44,712 nt of DNA from a virus. Its lineage: Duplodnaviria > Caudoviricetes. The translations under genes were made by a program, and so were the position numbers. Shown here in pieces: positions 1 to 8,157 of the stretch (the first letter of the stretch is position 1; every line of letters starts with the position of its first letter). The stretch is from IMG/VR virus record IMGVR_UViG_3300037483_000229, positions 1 through 44,712 of that record; one strand, written 5' to 3'. The notes beneath the pieces are model-generated. The model had not been told where the DNA came from, did no database searches, and saw only the letters and a list, made by a program, of their open reading frames with translations.

Positions 1-131
1 AGGCCGACAACGCTGAATACCTGGACGCGATGGGCTGCACGGCGCTGACCGAGATCAAGGCCGACAACGCTGAATACCTGGACGCGAGTGGCTGCACGGC
101 GCTGACCGAGATCAAGGCCGACAACGCGAAG
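1..131 (+). repeat. 57-bp tandem repeat, 3' part (units start at 21 and 78)
   Basis: CTGGACGCG at 21 and 78, 57 nt apart. Confidence 0.95.
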
Positions 132-359
132 GTTTGTAGTAGCGATGATTCCTTCCGATACGTCTGCGTCGGCGTCGACTCGCGCGGCTATCTTTTCGAG
201 GGCATGCGCATTCTCGGCCAGTGGCGGGTCACCGCCGGCTGTCGCGATTTCTCGATCGAGGACGCGCGCGAACATTGGGGCAACGACGGCGAGAGCGACC
301 GGCCAGATTGTCTGGCCTTGGTAGAAAAGATCGCCGTCTTTGCAGATGGCGAAACATGA
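1..359 (+). CDS. C-terminal part of the 19-aa LRR-like repeat protein (continues from 44325-44712 across the window junction)
   Basis: Same 57-bp units as the window end, followed by a DSRGY..AGCRxF..EAREHW-type C-terminal domain that resembles those of phage repeat proteins. Confidence 0.8.
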   Translation, partial: ADNAEYLDAMGCTALTEIKADNAEYLDASGCTALTEIKADNAKVCSSDDSFRYVCVGVDSRGYLFEGMRILGQWRVTAGCRDFSIEDAREHWGNDGESDRPDCLALVEKIAVFADGET

Positions 360-432
360 CAATCGCCGAACTCAAATAACATGCTTATTCGGTTAACGCA
401 TACAAACGCTGATACCCACTAGATATAGAGGC

Positions 433-1341
433 ATGTTCATGAGCAAACGTCCGAGTGATCCAGGCTACGCAGCGGTTTGGTGCATTCACTATCGCTCGCC
501 ATCGCAGGGGCTTGGCAGGGCCGATCTGACGACATGCGAGGCTGGCGTCGAGTTTAAATCTGTCCAGCCAAAAGCCGGCCCGACATTTCGCGGGCAGCCA
601 TGCTTCCTGACAGATAAGGGCGAGAGCGAGCCAGATGCGTTGCCGTGCGAGAAACTGCGCCGACCAACACCCGAAGAAATCGCGGCGCATGAGAAATGGT
701 GGGACATGGTGAAGGTGATGACGGCCACCATGCCGTGGCGCACTGAGCACAAGAAAAAACGAATTGGTGGCGCGCTGTTCTTCCTTGCGCTCGGTCTGAT
801 TTTGGCGGTCGGCGTTATCTTTGCGCCGGCCAAAGCCTCGCCCGTGACATGCTTCGACGGCGACCGCGTCGTGCAATGCCAAACCGTAGAGCGCGTCAAA
901 AAGCATAAACGGGCCGCGAAGGCCCGTACCGACGCCAACGGCAATCTCGTCACGGTGCGCAGTGCGACCGGCAAGACCGCCAAGGTGGCCGCGCGCTACC
1001 GCGCCGCGTTCCAGGCGCTGGTCGACGATCTTGAGGCTTCCGGCTACCACGTCGATTTTATGGGCGGCTGGCGTGCCTGGGGATCGTGCCGAAACTGTAA
1101 TGCGCATCCCGCCGGCCGCGCGATCGATATCAACCAGACCGCGCGCAACCGGGTCACGCGCCGGTTTCCGTCCGGCGTGACCGAGATCGCGGCGCGCCAC
1201 GGGATTTGCCACGGCGCGATTTGGGGCAACCCCGACCGTGGCCATTTCGAGATCGCCGACGCCAGCCGCTCAACGCAATGCCGCGCCATCGCCAATAAGG
1301 GCTGGCCGCGCGTCGTGGAGCGCGGGCGGACGGTGCAGTGA
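433..1341 (+). CDS. Peptidase M15-family (D-Ala-D-Ala carboxypeptidase/endolysin-like) protein with TM/signal segment, fused to an unrelated Cys-containing N-terminal domain
   Basis: AHPAGRAIDIN matches HxxGxAxD and DRGHFE gives the third Zn ligand. Hydrophobic LFFLALGLILAVGVIFAPAKA lies mid-protein. Confidence 0.75.
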   Translation: MFMSKRPSDPGYAAVWCIHYRSPSQGLGRADLTTCEAGVEFKSVQPKAGPTFRGQPCFLTDKGESEPDALPCEKLRRPTPEEIAAHEKWWDMVKVMTATMPWRTEHKKKRIGGALFFLALGLILAVGVIFAPAKASPVTCFDGDRVVQCQTVERVKKHKRAAKARTDANGNLVTVRSATGKTAKVAARYRAAFQALVDDLEASGYHVDFMGGWRAWGSCRNCNAHPAGRAIDINQTARNRVTRRFPSGVTEIAARHGICHGAIWGNPDRGHFEIADASRSTQCRAIANKGWPRVVERGRTVQ

Positions 1342-1377
1342 TGCTTAGCTGATGGCTGATGACCAATCATTCAGGGG

Positions 1378-1668
1378 ATGAAAATGGCAAGCACACCGCA
1401 CCTTAAAGTCTACAACCCAACCCACGGCTACATCGCGGCCTGCAAGTTTGGCGAAGATGCCGCCTGCCTCGCCGCGCTGAACGGCGACGGCACAACTATC
1501 CGCGATGGTCACAGTCACATCGTCTGGACAGAGGGGGCCGAAGCGTTCTCTGCCTCGGAGAGCTACGACCGAGCGGCGTTGCTTATCAACCAGCGCATCG
1601 ATCAAAAGTGGGCAAAAGCTCGTGCCCTTCACGCCGCAAAAGAAGCTGAAGCCGCAGCTCGCGCTTAG
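1378..1668 (+). CDS. hypothetical phage protein
   Basis: ORF with AGGGG RBS, co-oriented with neighbours. Confidence 0.7.
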   Translation: MKMASTPHLKVYNPTHGYIAACKFGEDAACLAALNGDGTTIRDGHSHIVWTEGAEAFSASESYDRAALLINQRIDQKWAKARALHAAKEAEAAARA

Positions 1669-1703
1669 TAAGCCAGATGACTGCGCATTTTTGGGAGATA
1701 ACC

Positions 1704-1958
1704 ATGTCCGCTCTATCGATGACCTCTAAGACCGGCGTCCAATTAACCGAACAGCTTTGCGAACTGACAAGCCGGTGGACCGAGTACGAGGATATTCCGC
1801 CGTCGCAGAAAAGCGAATGCCGTCAGATCGGGGAAAAACTTCATGCCCTCGGCGGGATGAGCGCAATGCAAGACGCCTACTACGAGGCCAAAGGTCGCAA
1901 TCGTGCCGCATCGTCGATCCAGCCGTTTTGGGACGGCGTTGGCGACTGGCGCTGGTAG
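1704..1958 (+). CDS. hypothetical phage protein
   Basis: GGGAG RBS before ATG 1704. Confidence 0.7.
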   Translation: MSALSMTSKTGVQLTEQLCELTSRWTEYEDIPPSQKSECRQIGEKLHALGGMSAMQDAYYEAKGRNRAASSIQPFWDGVGDWRW

Positions 1959-1968
1959 CCGCATCCAT

Positions 1969-1996
1969 ACGCCAGATGACCGAACATAGGGGCCGA
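1969..1996 (+). other. dif-like junction site
   Basis: acgccagATGA-ccgaac-ATAGgggccga; shares 12 bp (ACCGAACATAGG) with the site at 4342. Confidence 0.45.
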
Positions 1997-1998
1997 AG

Positions 1999-2190
1999 AT
2001 GAGACTGATACTGCTTTTGATCGTAAAGCCTTTGGGGATTGCTTGTTGGGTAGTTGGCATCAGCTTGGCGGCACCATTCGTTGTTGCCGGCGGGTGGCTC
2101 GAAAGCAAAGCCGACGATCTGGAAGCTGGTTGGCGTCGAGGCAGCAAACAAAATTGGCTTTGGCGATGGGCAAGGAGTCAAAAGAAATGA
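1999..2190 (+). CDS. small hypothetical membrane protein
   Basis: Hydrophobic N-terminal half; RBS supplied by the upstream junction. Confidence 0.55.
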   Translation: MRLILLLIVKPLGIACWVVGISLAAPFVVAGGWLESKADDLEAGWRRGSKQNWLWRWARSQKK

Positions 2191-2399
2191 GGGATGACGA
2201 ATTTTGCATCGAGCATGGCCGTGATTTCATGCGGTGCGACAAGGGGCCAATCCCGTATTGCAAGGCATGTAATGATCAATTCTCCTGCGACACTACGCCG
2301 TGCGTCAACAAAGCTATGACCGGCGAGCGATGCAAGGGGATTTGTCTAAATCCACGGGACTGCGCCGGTGTCCCTGACCCGGCTGAAATTCGCACATAA
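2187..2399 (+). CDS. small Cys-rich hypothetical protein
   Basis: ATGA overlap with the previous gene; CxxH/CxxC motifs. Confidence 0.55.
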   Translation: MRDDEFCIEHGRDFMRCDKGPIPYCKACNDQFSCDTTPCVNKAMTGERCKGICLNPRDCAGVPDPAEIRT

Positions 2400-2419
2400 C
2401 ACGCATAAGGAAACGTCGC

Positions 2420-3343
2420 GTGCCTGACCCGACCAGAAAAACCATTAGCGCAACGCAGACAGCCGCTTTGTTCGGCGTGTCGCCCTATTATACGCGCTGG
2501 ATGCTATGGCAGCATTTCGCCAATGGCATGGACATCGACCAGCCGGCCGACGCCCGCATGAATTGGGGCAAAAAACTACAGCCTCTCGTTTTGGCGCAAT
2601 GCGCCGATGATTTAAAATTCGAGGTCCATCCGAACGCCGACGACGATTACCACCGCCGCGGCCTGCTCGGCTGCACCCGAGACGCGCAGATCATTTGCCC
2701 GGATCGCGGCCCTGGCGCGCTCGAAACCAAATGCGTGTTCGATTACCGGACGTGGATGACTGAATGGCAGGGCGGCAAGGCGCCGCCGCGCCCGCATGAA
2801 ATCCAGTTGCAGCAGCAGATGCTGGTCGGAGACCAGGAAGGCGAGCCGTACCGCTGGGGCGTGATCGCGGCATGGGTCGCCGGCGAGCAGCACTATTTCG
2901 AGCGCGAGCCGATCCCGGAACTATGGGAACGCATGGCCGGCGAGGCCAGCGATTTCATGTCGACGGTGGCGAACAAGGACGAGCCCGACCCGTTCGGCCT
3001 GCCAATCGAAATTCCGCTGCTCAACCGGTTGTTTCCGACCGTGGCCGACAAGGTGCTGGACCTGACCGGCGAGGAAGGCGCGCATGCCATGGCCGAAAAG
3101 GTCGCCATGTTCCAATTTCATAAGACCGAAGCGAACGCGCATGGCGCCGAGGCCGAAAAGCTGCGCGCTCAATTGCTCGCGGTCGCCAAGGACAACGAAA
3201 GGGTGCTGCTGCCCGAGCGCATCCAAATCAAATGCTCGACGTCGAAGGCCGGCGTCAAGCGCCTGACCGTTTACGTCCCCGACCATGCCGACGCCGGGCC
3301 ACGGCGCGATAGCTTGAATCCAGAAATCATGAGGGCCGGCTGA
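2420..3343 (+). CDS. YqaJ/lambda-exonuclease-family recombination nuclease
   Basis: ISAT..LFGVSPY, WGKKLQP, TRD..LETK and IQLQQQ motifs; directly upstream of RecT. Confidence 0.85.
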   Translation: MPDPTRKTISATQTAALFGVSPYYTRWMLWQHFANGMDIDQPADARMNWGKKLQPLVLAQCADDLKFEVHPNADDDYHRRGLLGCTRDAQIICPDRGPGALETKCVFDYRTWMTEWQGGKAPPRPHEIQLQQQMLVGDQEGEPYRWGVIAAWVAGEQHYFEREPIPELWERMAGEASDFMSTVANKDEPDPFGLPIEIPLLNRLFPTVADKVLDLTGEEGAHAMAEKVAMFQFHKTEANAHGAEAEKLRAQLLAVAKDNERVLLPERIQIKCSTSKAGVKRLTVYVPDHADAGPRRDSLNPEIMRAG

Positions 3344-4335
3344 TGTCCACCAATGCGCTGACCGTTCTCGAAAATCAGTTGAAGCCGCTGGCCCCCCGCT
3401 TTGCCGAGGTGCTTGGCAAAACGATGCCGGTCGAGCGGCTGATCCGCACCGTGGTGCTGTCGGTAGAGCGGCTGCCGGCGCTGATGGACTGCGACCGGCA
3501 GAGCATTTTCAACGCCGCGATGTCGGCGGCGGTACTCGGGCTTGAGGTCGATGGCGTCACCGGCCAGGGCTACCTGATCCCGTTCAAAGGCAAGGCGCAG
3601 CTCGTTATCGGCTACAAGGGCTATAACACCTTGGCGGCGCGCTCCGGGCTGACCGTGACCGGCGCCGTGGTGCGCGAAGGTGATGCCTTCGACTATGAGC
3701 TGGGCGACAAGGGGTTTGTGCGCCACAAGCCGAAGCTTGGCGAGCCGGGCCGGCGCATCGTCGCGGCATGGGCCGTCGCGGCGGCGCATGATCGCCCACC
3801 GATCATTTCAGTGCTGAGCATCGACGATATCAATGCGATCAAGGCCAAGTCGCCTGGTGCCAAGCGGTCGGACAGCCCGTGGAACGATCCGAGCATCGGT
3901 TTTCCGGCGATGGCCGAGAAATCCGCCAAGCGCCGGCTGGCGCGGTCGATGCCGCTTAACGTCATGCAGCTCGCCGCGCGCATGGACGAGGCGTTCGAGG
4001 AACAAGGCGCTGCCGCGCACATCACGCCCGACAAGGGTCTAGTGATCGACGGCGAGTTCAGCCCGATTGCCGATCGCGAGCCGAGCCGGACGCCGACCGC
4101 GACCGAACTGATCTCGCCGGATGCCGATGCGCCAGCCGAAAATATTCCGCCGCTACCCGATGCCGGCAGCCCGTTGCGGCCGCACGACGACGCGCTCGCC
4201 GTCGCAGCGCAGGACGGCATGATCGCGCTGGTCGAGGCGTGGAAAGCGGTGCCGGTCAAAATGCAGCGGGATCTGAAACAGCGGCTCGATCTCGTTCACA
4301 AAGTCGAGGCCGCGAAGGATCGGGCACCGGCATAA
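3343..4335 (+). CDS. recT: RecT-family single-strand annealing protein
   Basis: GQGYLIPF..QLVIGYKG, VREGDxF and MAEKSAKRRL motifs. Confidence 0.88.
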   Translation: MSTNALTVLENQLKPLAPRFAEVLGKTMPVERLIRTVVLSVERLPALMDCDRQSIFNAAMSAAVLGLEVDGVTGQGYLIPFKGKAQLVIGYKGYNTLAARSGLTVTGAVVREGDAFDYELGDKGFVRHKPKLGEPGRRIVAAWAVAAAHDRPPIISVLSIDDINAIKAKSPGAKRSDSPWNDPSIGFPAMAEKSAKRRLARSMPLNVMQLAARMDEAFEEQGAAAHITPDKGLVIDGEFSPIADREPSRTPTATELISPDADAPAENIPPLPDAGSPLRPHDDALAVAAQDGMIALVEAWKAVPVKMQRDLKQRLDLVHKVEAAKDRAPA

Positions 4336-4341
4336 TCGGAC

Positions 4342-4369
4342 ACGGGACACAACCGAACATAGGAAAATA
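4342..4369 (+). other. dif-like junction site
   Basis: acgggacACAA-ccgaac-ATAGgaaaata. Confidence 0.45.
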
Positions 4370-4371
4370 AA

Positions 4372-4668
4372 ATGGCAATGACAGGATCAGACGTTCTCGC
4401 CCTACCAATGGATTTTAACGACGCGGGAGCGACCACCATACGCGCATATTTGCAGGCGCTGCTAGTGACGCTTTGGCAGGAGGGCGAGAGCTTTAGCGGC
4501 AAACGCCCGTTCGGCAACTCAGGCTGGGAATACGACCTCTACAAAGCCCTAATTAAAGGCGGCGCGATTGACGGCACCGTTGATGAGCATGGCGACATCG
4601 GCACGTTTGATACTGACGAAGCGAATGCCGCCGTGTTTCAGGCCATCGAGTCACTGACGACTGCGTGA
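4372..4668 (+). CDS. conserved phage hypothetical protein
   Basis: GESFSGKRPFGNSGW motif, recalled from phage hypothetical proteins. Confidence 0.75.
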   Translation: MAMTGSDVLALPMDFNDAGATTIRAYLQALLVTLWQEGESFSGKRPFGNSGWEYDLYKALIKGGAIDGTVDEHGDIGTFDTDEANAAVFQAIESLTTA

Positions 4669-4691
4669 GCATATCTCTCATTAAGGAACAT
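4664..4691 (+). other. dif-like junction site
   Basis: cgtgagcATAT-ctctca-TTAAggaacat. Confidence 0.6.
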
Positions 4692-4694
4692 GGC

Positions 4695-5441
4695 TTGAAT
4701 GTCCTCGATCTCTTCTCAGGAATTGGCGGTTTCAGTCTCGGCCTTGAACGAGCGGGAATGCGAACCGTCGCATTCTGCGAGATCGACCCGTTCTGCCGTC
4801 AAGTGCTCGCCAAACTATGGCCTCACGTCCCCTGTCACGATGACGTTCGCGCCCTTACTGCCGAGTACCTTGCCGCTACCTCTGCCTCCGGAGACATCAA
4901 GATCGATGTCATCTGCGGTGGATTCCCGTGCCAAGACATCAGCCTGGCAGGAGACGGCGCCGGAATTGACGGAGAACGTAGCGGCCTCTGGCGAGAGTAC
5001 GCCCGAATTATTGGCGAAGTTCGACCCCGCTTCGTCATCGTGGAGAACGTCACAGCTTTGTTTGGACGGCACCTTGGCCGAGTTCTCGGAGACCTGGCCG
5101 CGCTCGGGTATGACGCGGAGTGGGATTGCATACCGGCGTCCTACGTTGGTGCCCGACAACTTCGGGATCGAATTTGGATTGTGGCCTACCCCGACCGCGA
5201 CGGCCTTCAAGGGCGGTCGTTTATCGCCGCGGCGTGGCGTGGCAAATCCCGAAAGGAACAACTGGCAGGACTGGTGCAGCCTTGTGCTTGGCCAACGCTA
5301 TCCGGTGCCAGAGACCGCGGAACAGGTCATGGGGTTCCCAATGGGACACACCGAAATAAAGCCATCGGTAACGCCGTTGTCCCACAAATCCCCGAACTCA
5401 TCGGGCGCGCAATCATGAACCACGAAACCAATTCGCCTTAA
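4695..5441 (+). CDS. DNA (cytosine-5) methyltransferase, catalytic (alpha) chain
   Basis: Motif I DLFSGIGG, IV GGFPCQ, VI ENV, VIII QxRxR, X GNAV. TTG start 4695 follows an AAGGA RBS. Confidence 0.9.
   Translation: MNVLDLFSGIGGFSLGLERAGMRTVAFCEIDPFCRQVLAKLWPHVPCHDDVRALTAEYLAATSASGDIKIDVICGGFPCQDISLAGDGAGIDGERSGLWREYARIIGEVRPRFVIVENVTALFGRHLGRVLGDLAALGYDAEWDCIPASYVGARQLRDRIWIVAYPDRDGLQGRSFIAAAWRGKSRKEQLAGLVQPCAWPTLSGARDRGTGHGVPNGTHRNKAIGNAVVPQIPELIGRAIMNHETNSP
4699..5418 (+). CDS. overlapping alternate-frame ORF, probable methyltransferase beta chain (TRD plus motif IX)
   Basis: 239-codon open +1 frame ending PETAEQVMGFPMGHT (motif IX-like), a motif missing from the main frame. Confidence 0.6.
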   Translation: MSSISSQELAVSVSALNERECEPSHSARSTRSAVKCSPNYGLTSPVTMTFAPLLPSTLPLPLPPETSRSMSSAVDSRAKTSAWQETAPELTENVAASGESTPELLAKFDPASSSWRTSQLCLDGTLAEFSETWPRSGMTRSGIAYRRPTLVPDNFGIEFGLWPTPTATAFKGGRLSPRRGVANPERNNWQDWCSLVLGQRYPVPETAEQVMGFPMGHTEIKPSVTPLSHKSPNSSGAQS

Positions 5442-5442
5442 T

Positions 5443-5811
5443 ATGGTGAGACTGAGCATGACCGACGAGATCGAAGCAGACCAGGACGAAGGGGCAACCG
5501 GCCTCTATCTGCCGGAATGTGAGATCGCGCGCCGTCTCGGTTATGGCCGCTCGAATGGCTACAAGCTCTTGAAAAGGCTGGATCGCGGCATCCCTGGGAT
5601 GCGGGCATATCCACAGCCTGACCCTGTTTTTGGCCGGCGCTTCTGGCCCGCTATTCTGCAATGGCACTTGGACTATCATAGGGTGCGACGTACCGCCGAC
5701 GAAGGCGCGGCACCCCTGCAACCGAAATGGACGGAGAACTTCGATGCAACGCCCGACAAGACCAAGCGGTCTGAGCGCGCCCGGCCTCAACTGGCGGGCT
5801 CGCGCGGATAG
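5443..5811 (+). CDS. excisionase-like HTH protein
   Basis: EIARRLG..PDPVFGRRFWPAI winged-helix pattern; overlaps the integrase start. Confidence 0.65.
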   Translation: MVRLSMTDEIEADQDEGATGLYLPECEIARRLGYGRSNGYKLLKRLDRGIPGMRAYPQPDPVFGRRFWPAILQWHLDYHRVRRTADEGAAPLQPKWTENFDATPDKTKRSERARPQLAGSRG

Positions 5812-7030
5812 CTGGGTTGCTTATTGGGTCGCTCGCGGCGATCTGGTGAAGCGCGGCTATTCACTCAAGTCCGTCCGGCTCTGGCCGCCCTCGACCTCGA
5901 CTGCGCGAGTTGAACCGACGCATGACGAATGGCTGACTATCTCTGCCGGCTGCGAGCGCCTGCAATCTGAAATGCTCGAATGGGCAAACCCGCTCGACTG
6001 GGCCTATGACCCGCGCGCGATCTATGACGGCACCATGAACAGCCTCAAGCGCATCTATCACGACGACCCGGACAGCCCGTTTCAGGAATTGCGGCACGCG
6101 ACCAAGCATACCTATTCGATGAACTCGAACAGCGTTTGCGCGGCGGTCGGGGCCGCTCGCATTCCCGAATTGAACTTCCGCGACTTCAAGAACTGGTACA
6201 AAGGATTTTGCAAACCGAAGAAGCCGGGTGGCCCTATCCGCAAGGCGCGCGGTCACGGACTGATGACCCATGTTCGCCTGATGATCGGCTTCGGCGCGCT
6301 GCTCAAACTGCCCGGCTGCCGTGACGCGAAGGAAACCTTGAGCGCGATGGAGTTTGAGACGGCGAAGCGCCGCGCCGAGTTCATGACGGCAGATCACGCC
6401 ATCGCATTCCGCCGCCAGGCTCACCTTGACGGCGTGCCGTCGATGGCCTTAGCGCAAGCCCTGATGTTCGACCTTGGCGCGCGGCAAAAGGATTGCATCG
6501 GCGAATGGGTGCCGAACAGTGAGCCGGGTCTATCGAGCGTGCTGGACCACGGCGACAAGTGGATTCTCGGCATGACGTGGGAAGAAATCGACGGCGGCAT
6601 TCTCACGCACCGCCTGAGCAAGTCCCTATCCCGCGAGAGCATCCAGAACGCCGACGCCGGCAAGACGAAGCGTTACGACCTGAGCCTTTACCCGATGGTC
6701 ACCGAGGAAATGGCACTGGTGCCAATCGACAAGCGCAAGGGGCCGCTAGTGGTGGCTGAACACACTGGCCAGCCGTGGCGTGGGAAGGTGTTTCAACGGC
6801 GCTGGCGCAAGGTGGCAAAGGCTGCCGGCCTGCCCGCGAATATCCAGAACCGGGACAGCCGGGCGGGCGCTGCGACCGAGGCCGAGAACTCAGGGGCCGA
6901 CATCGAGCGGATCAGGAAAAGCCTGGGGCATTCTCAGGCCAGCACTACGCGGATTTACACCCGCGACGACGATCAGGCGACGGCAGAGGTTGCCATTTTA
7001 CGAGTGAAGAACAGGCAGCAAACGCCATAG
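5744..7030 (+). CDS. int: tyrosine recombinase / phage integrase
   Basis: GARQKD (R), RDSR (variant of HxxR), LGHS and TTRIY catalytic motifs; GGAG RBS before ATG 5744. Confidence 0.9.
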   Translation: MQRPTRPSGLSAPGLNWRARADSWVAYWVARGDLVKRGYSLKSVRLWPPSTSTARVEPTHDEWLTISAGCERLQSEMLEWANPLDWAYDPRAIYDGTMNSLKRIYHDDPDSPFQELRHATKHTYSMNSNSVCAAVGAARIPELNFRDFKNWYKGFCKPKKPGGPIRKARGHGLMTHVRLMIGFGALLKLPGCRDAKETLSAMEFETAKRRAEFMTADHAIAFRRQAHLDGVPSMALAQALMFDLGARQKDCIGEWVPNSEPGLSSVLDHGDKWILGMTWEEIDGGILTHRLSKSLSRESIQNADAGKTKRYDLSLYPMVTEEMALVPIDKRKGPLVVAEHTGQPWRGKVFQRRWRKVAKAAGLPANIQNRDSRAGAATEAENSGADIERIRKSLGHSQASTTRIYTRDDDQATAEVAILRVKNRQQTP

Positions 7031-7140
7031 CAAACGACGATGAACGGGTGCGAACGAAAACAACAGCTTAACTATCGGGCTCCATCCCGTATCATGGCCC
7101 TTATGTTGTTGATTTTGTTGAAGCCCGTTCACTATCGTAG
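7031..7140. other. putative attP region
   Basis: Non-coding gap after int with nested imperfect inverted repeats (ACGACGATGAACGGG / CCCGTTCACTATCGT; AAAACAACAGCTTAA / TTATGTTGTTGATTTT) around a ~30-bp core. Confidence 0.55.
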
Positions 7141-7145
7141 GTCAA

Positions 7146-7364
7146 GTGAAGCTTTTGAAAGTTCAAAGAATGTCGAAACGAGCCAACAGCATGTTCATTG
7201 ACGACGCCGAAATCCGCGAGCGTTTCCCCGACAAGGCAGACGCCATTATCGCGGCGCTGGACGAACTCGGCACCACCCAGAAGAACAAGGCCACCCGCCC
7301 GAAGGAAGCCAGGTTTCGGCCTGCGGTCGATGTCTGGCTAGAGGCCAACGGGTTCGTGAGCTAA
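7146..7364 (+). CDS. small Xis-like protein (apparent paralogue of 5443-5811)
   Basis: FIDDAEIRER..RFRPAVDVWL resembles YLPECEIARR..RFWPAILQWH. Confidence 0.5.
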   Translation: MKLLKVQRMSKRANSMFIDDAEIRERFPDKADAIIAALDELGTTQKNKATRPKEARFRPAVDVWLEANGFVS

Positions 7365-7394
7365 CTGCCAATTAATGAACGACAGGAGATTTAT

Positions 7395-7661
7395 GTGAAT
7401 ACGAACGCGCAGAAGTTAGCCGAAGCCGACCGCATCATCGACGTGGCGGCGGGCCATCTCTACACCATCGAGGCGGAGAATGAGCGCCTGCGCATGGGCC
7501 CTGACCTTGAAACGCTGGCCGATGCAATCGACGCTGCTCGTTTTGCTCACCCTCAAAACCCGCGAGAGCGGCCACGCTCGTTTGAGGACGCTGACCCAAG
7601 TGATCGCGAGTATGCAACGCGGCTAGCTAAGGCGGTCATAGCCGTTTGGCCTCATCGCTAA
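7395..7661 (+). CDS. hypothetical protein
   Basis: AGGAG RBS, GTG start. Confidence 0.7.
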   Translation: MNTNAQKLAEADRIIDVAAGHLYTIEAENERLRMGPDLETLADAIDAARFAHPQNPRERPRSFEDADPSDREYATRLAKAVIAVWPHR

Positions 7662-7692
7662 TCATGCAAGACTGCGAATTTTGGAGGGATAG

Positions 7693-7851
7693 ATGGCGCC
7701 AACCGAGAAGCGGCCCCTATGGGAATGTCCGAAGTGTCATGAGCATTTTTACCAAGAAGTTGTCAACTCAGGGACGGCGGTTTGTCCCCTCCGCGATAGC
7801 AAGTGCCCGACTAAGGGGCGCCCAGTTCCGCCGCACGGGTCTGGTCCATAA
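7693..7851 (+). CDS. 52-aa zinc-ribbon-like protein (MAPTEKRPLWECPKC...), absent from the ORF track
   Basis: GGAGGG RBS; CPKC..CPxxxxxC; fills the gap exactly up to a junction site. Confidence 0.6.
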   Translation: MAPTEKRPLWECPKCHEHFYQEVVNSGTAVCPLRDSKCPTKGRPVPPHGSGP

Positions 7852-7868
7852 GAACGGTTAATGACCAT
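7841..7868 (+). other. dif-like junction site
   Basis: ctggtccATAA-gaacgg-TTAAtgaccat. Confidence 0.6.
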
Positions 7869-8130
7869 GGCCATGATCGAGTGCAAGGACTGCGGTGCAA
7901 TCGTTGAGGAGCCCGGAATGTATTGCAGCGCCGTAGAGACGCTAGTTTGCCAAGGCCGCGATCATATCCCGCCGTGTGGCGAGGTTCTCTCTGGCGAGGA
8001 ACGGCACTACTACGGGACGACCTGTGAGAAGTGCGAGCGAGAATGGGGCTTTCGAATTGAAGCTTGGCGCATGGGCGCTGTCGATACCGAGTTAGACCAA
8101 ATGTTCGATAGCCCGCGCCAAGTTCATTAA
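7861..8130 (+). CDS. Cys-rich hypothetical protein
   Basis: CxxC motifs; co-oriented. Confidence 0.6.
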   Translation: MTMAMIECKDCGAIVEEPGMYCSAVETLVCQGRDHIPPCGEVLSGEERHYYGTTCEKCEREWGFRIEAWRMGAVDTELDQMFDSPRQVH

Positions 8131-8157
8131 TGGGCCGTCACCAATGAACAGGAGAGA

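Noticed and set aside
7361-7375. CtrA boxes (TTAA-N7-TTAA) as the explanation for the junction motif
   Set aside because: Only this site has a 7-nt spacer; most have 6 nt with CATA/ACAA left arms and sit on stop/start junctions rather than promoters. Not fully excluded for this one site.
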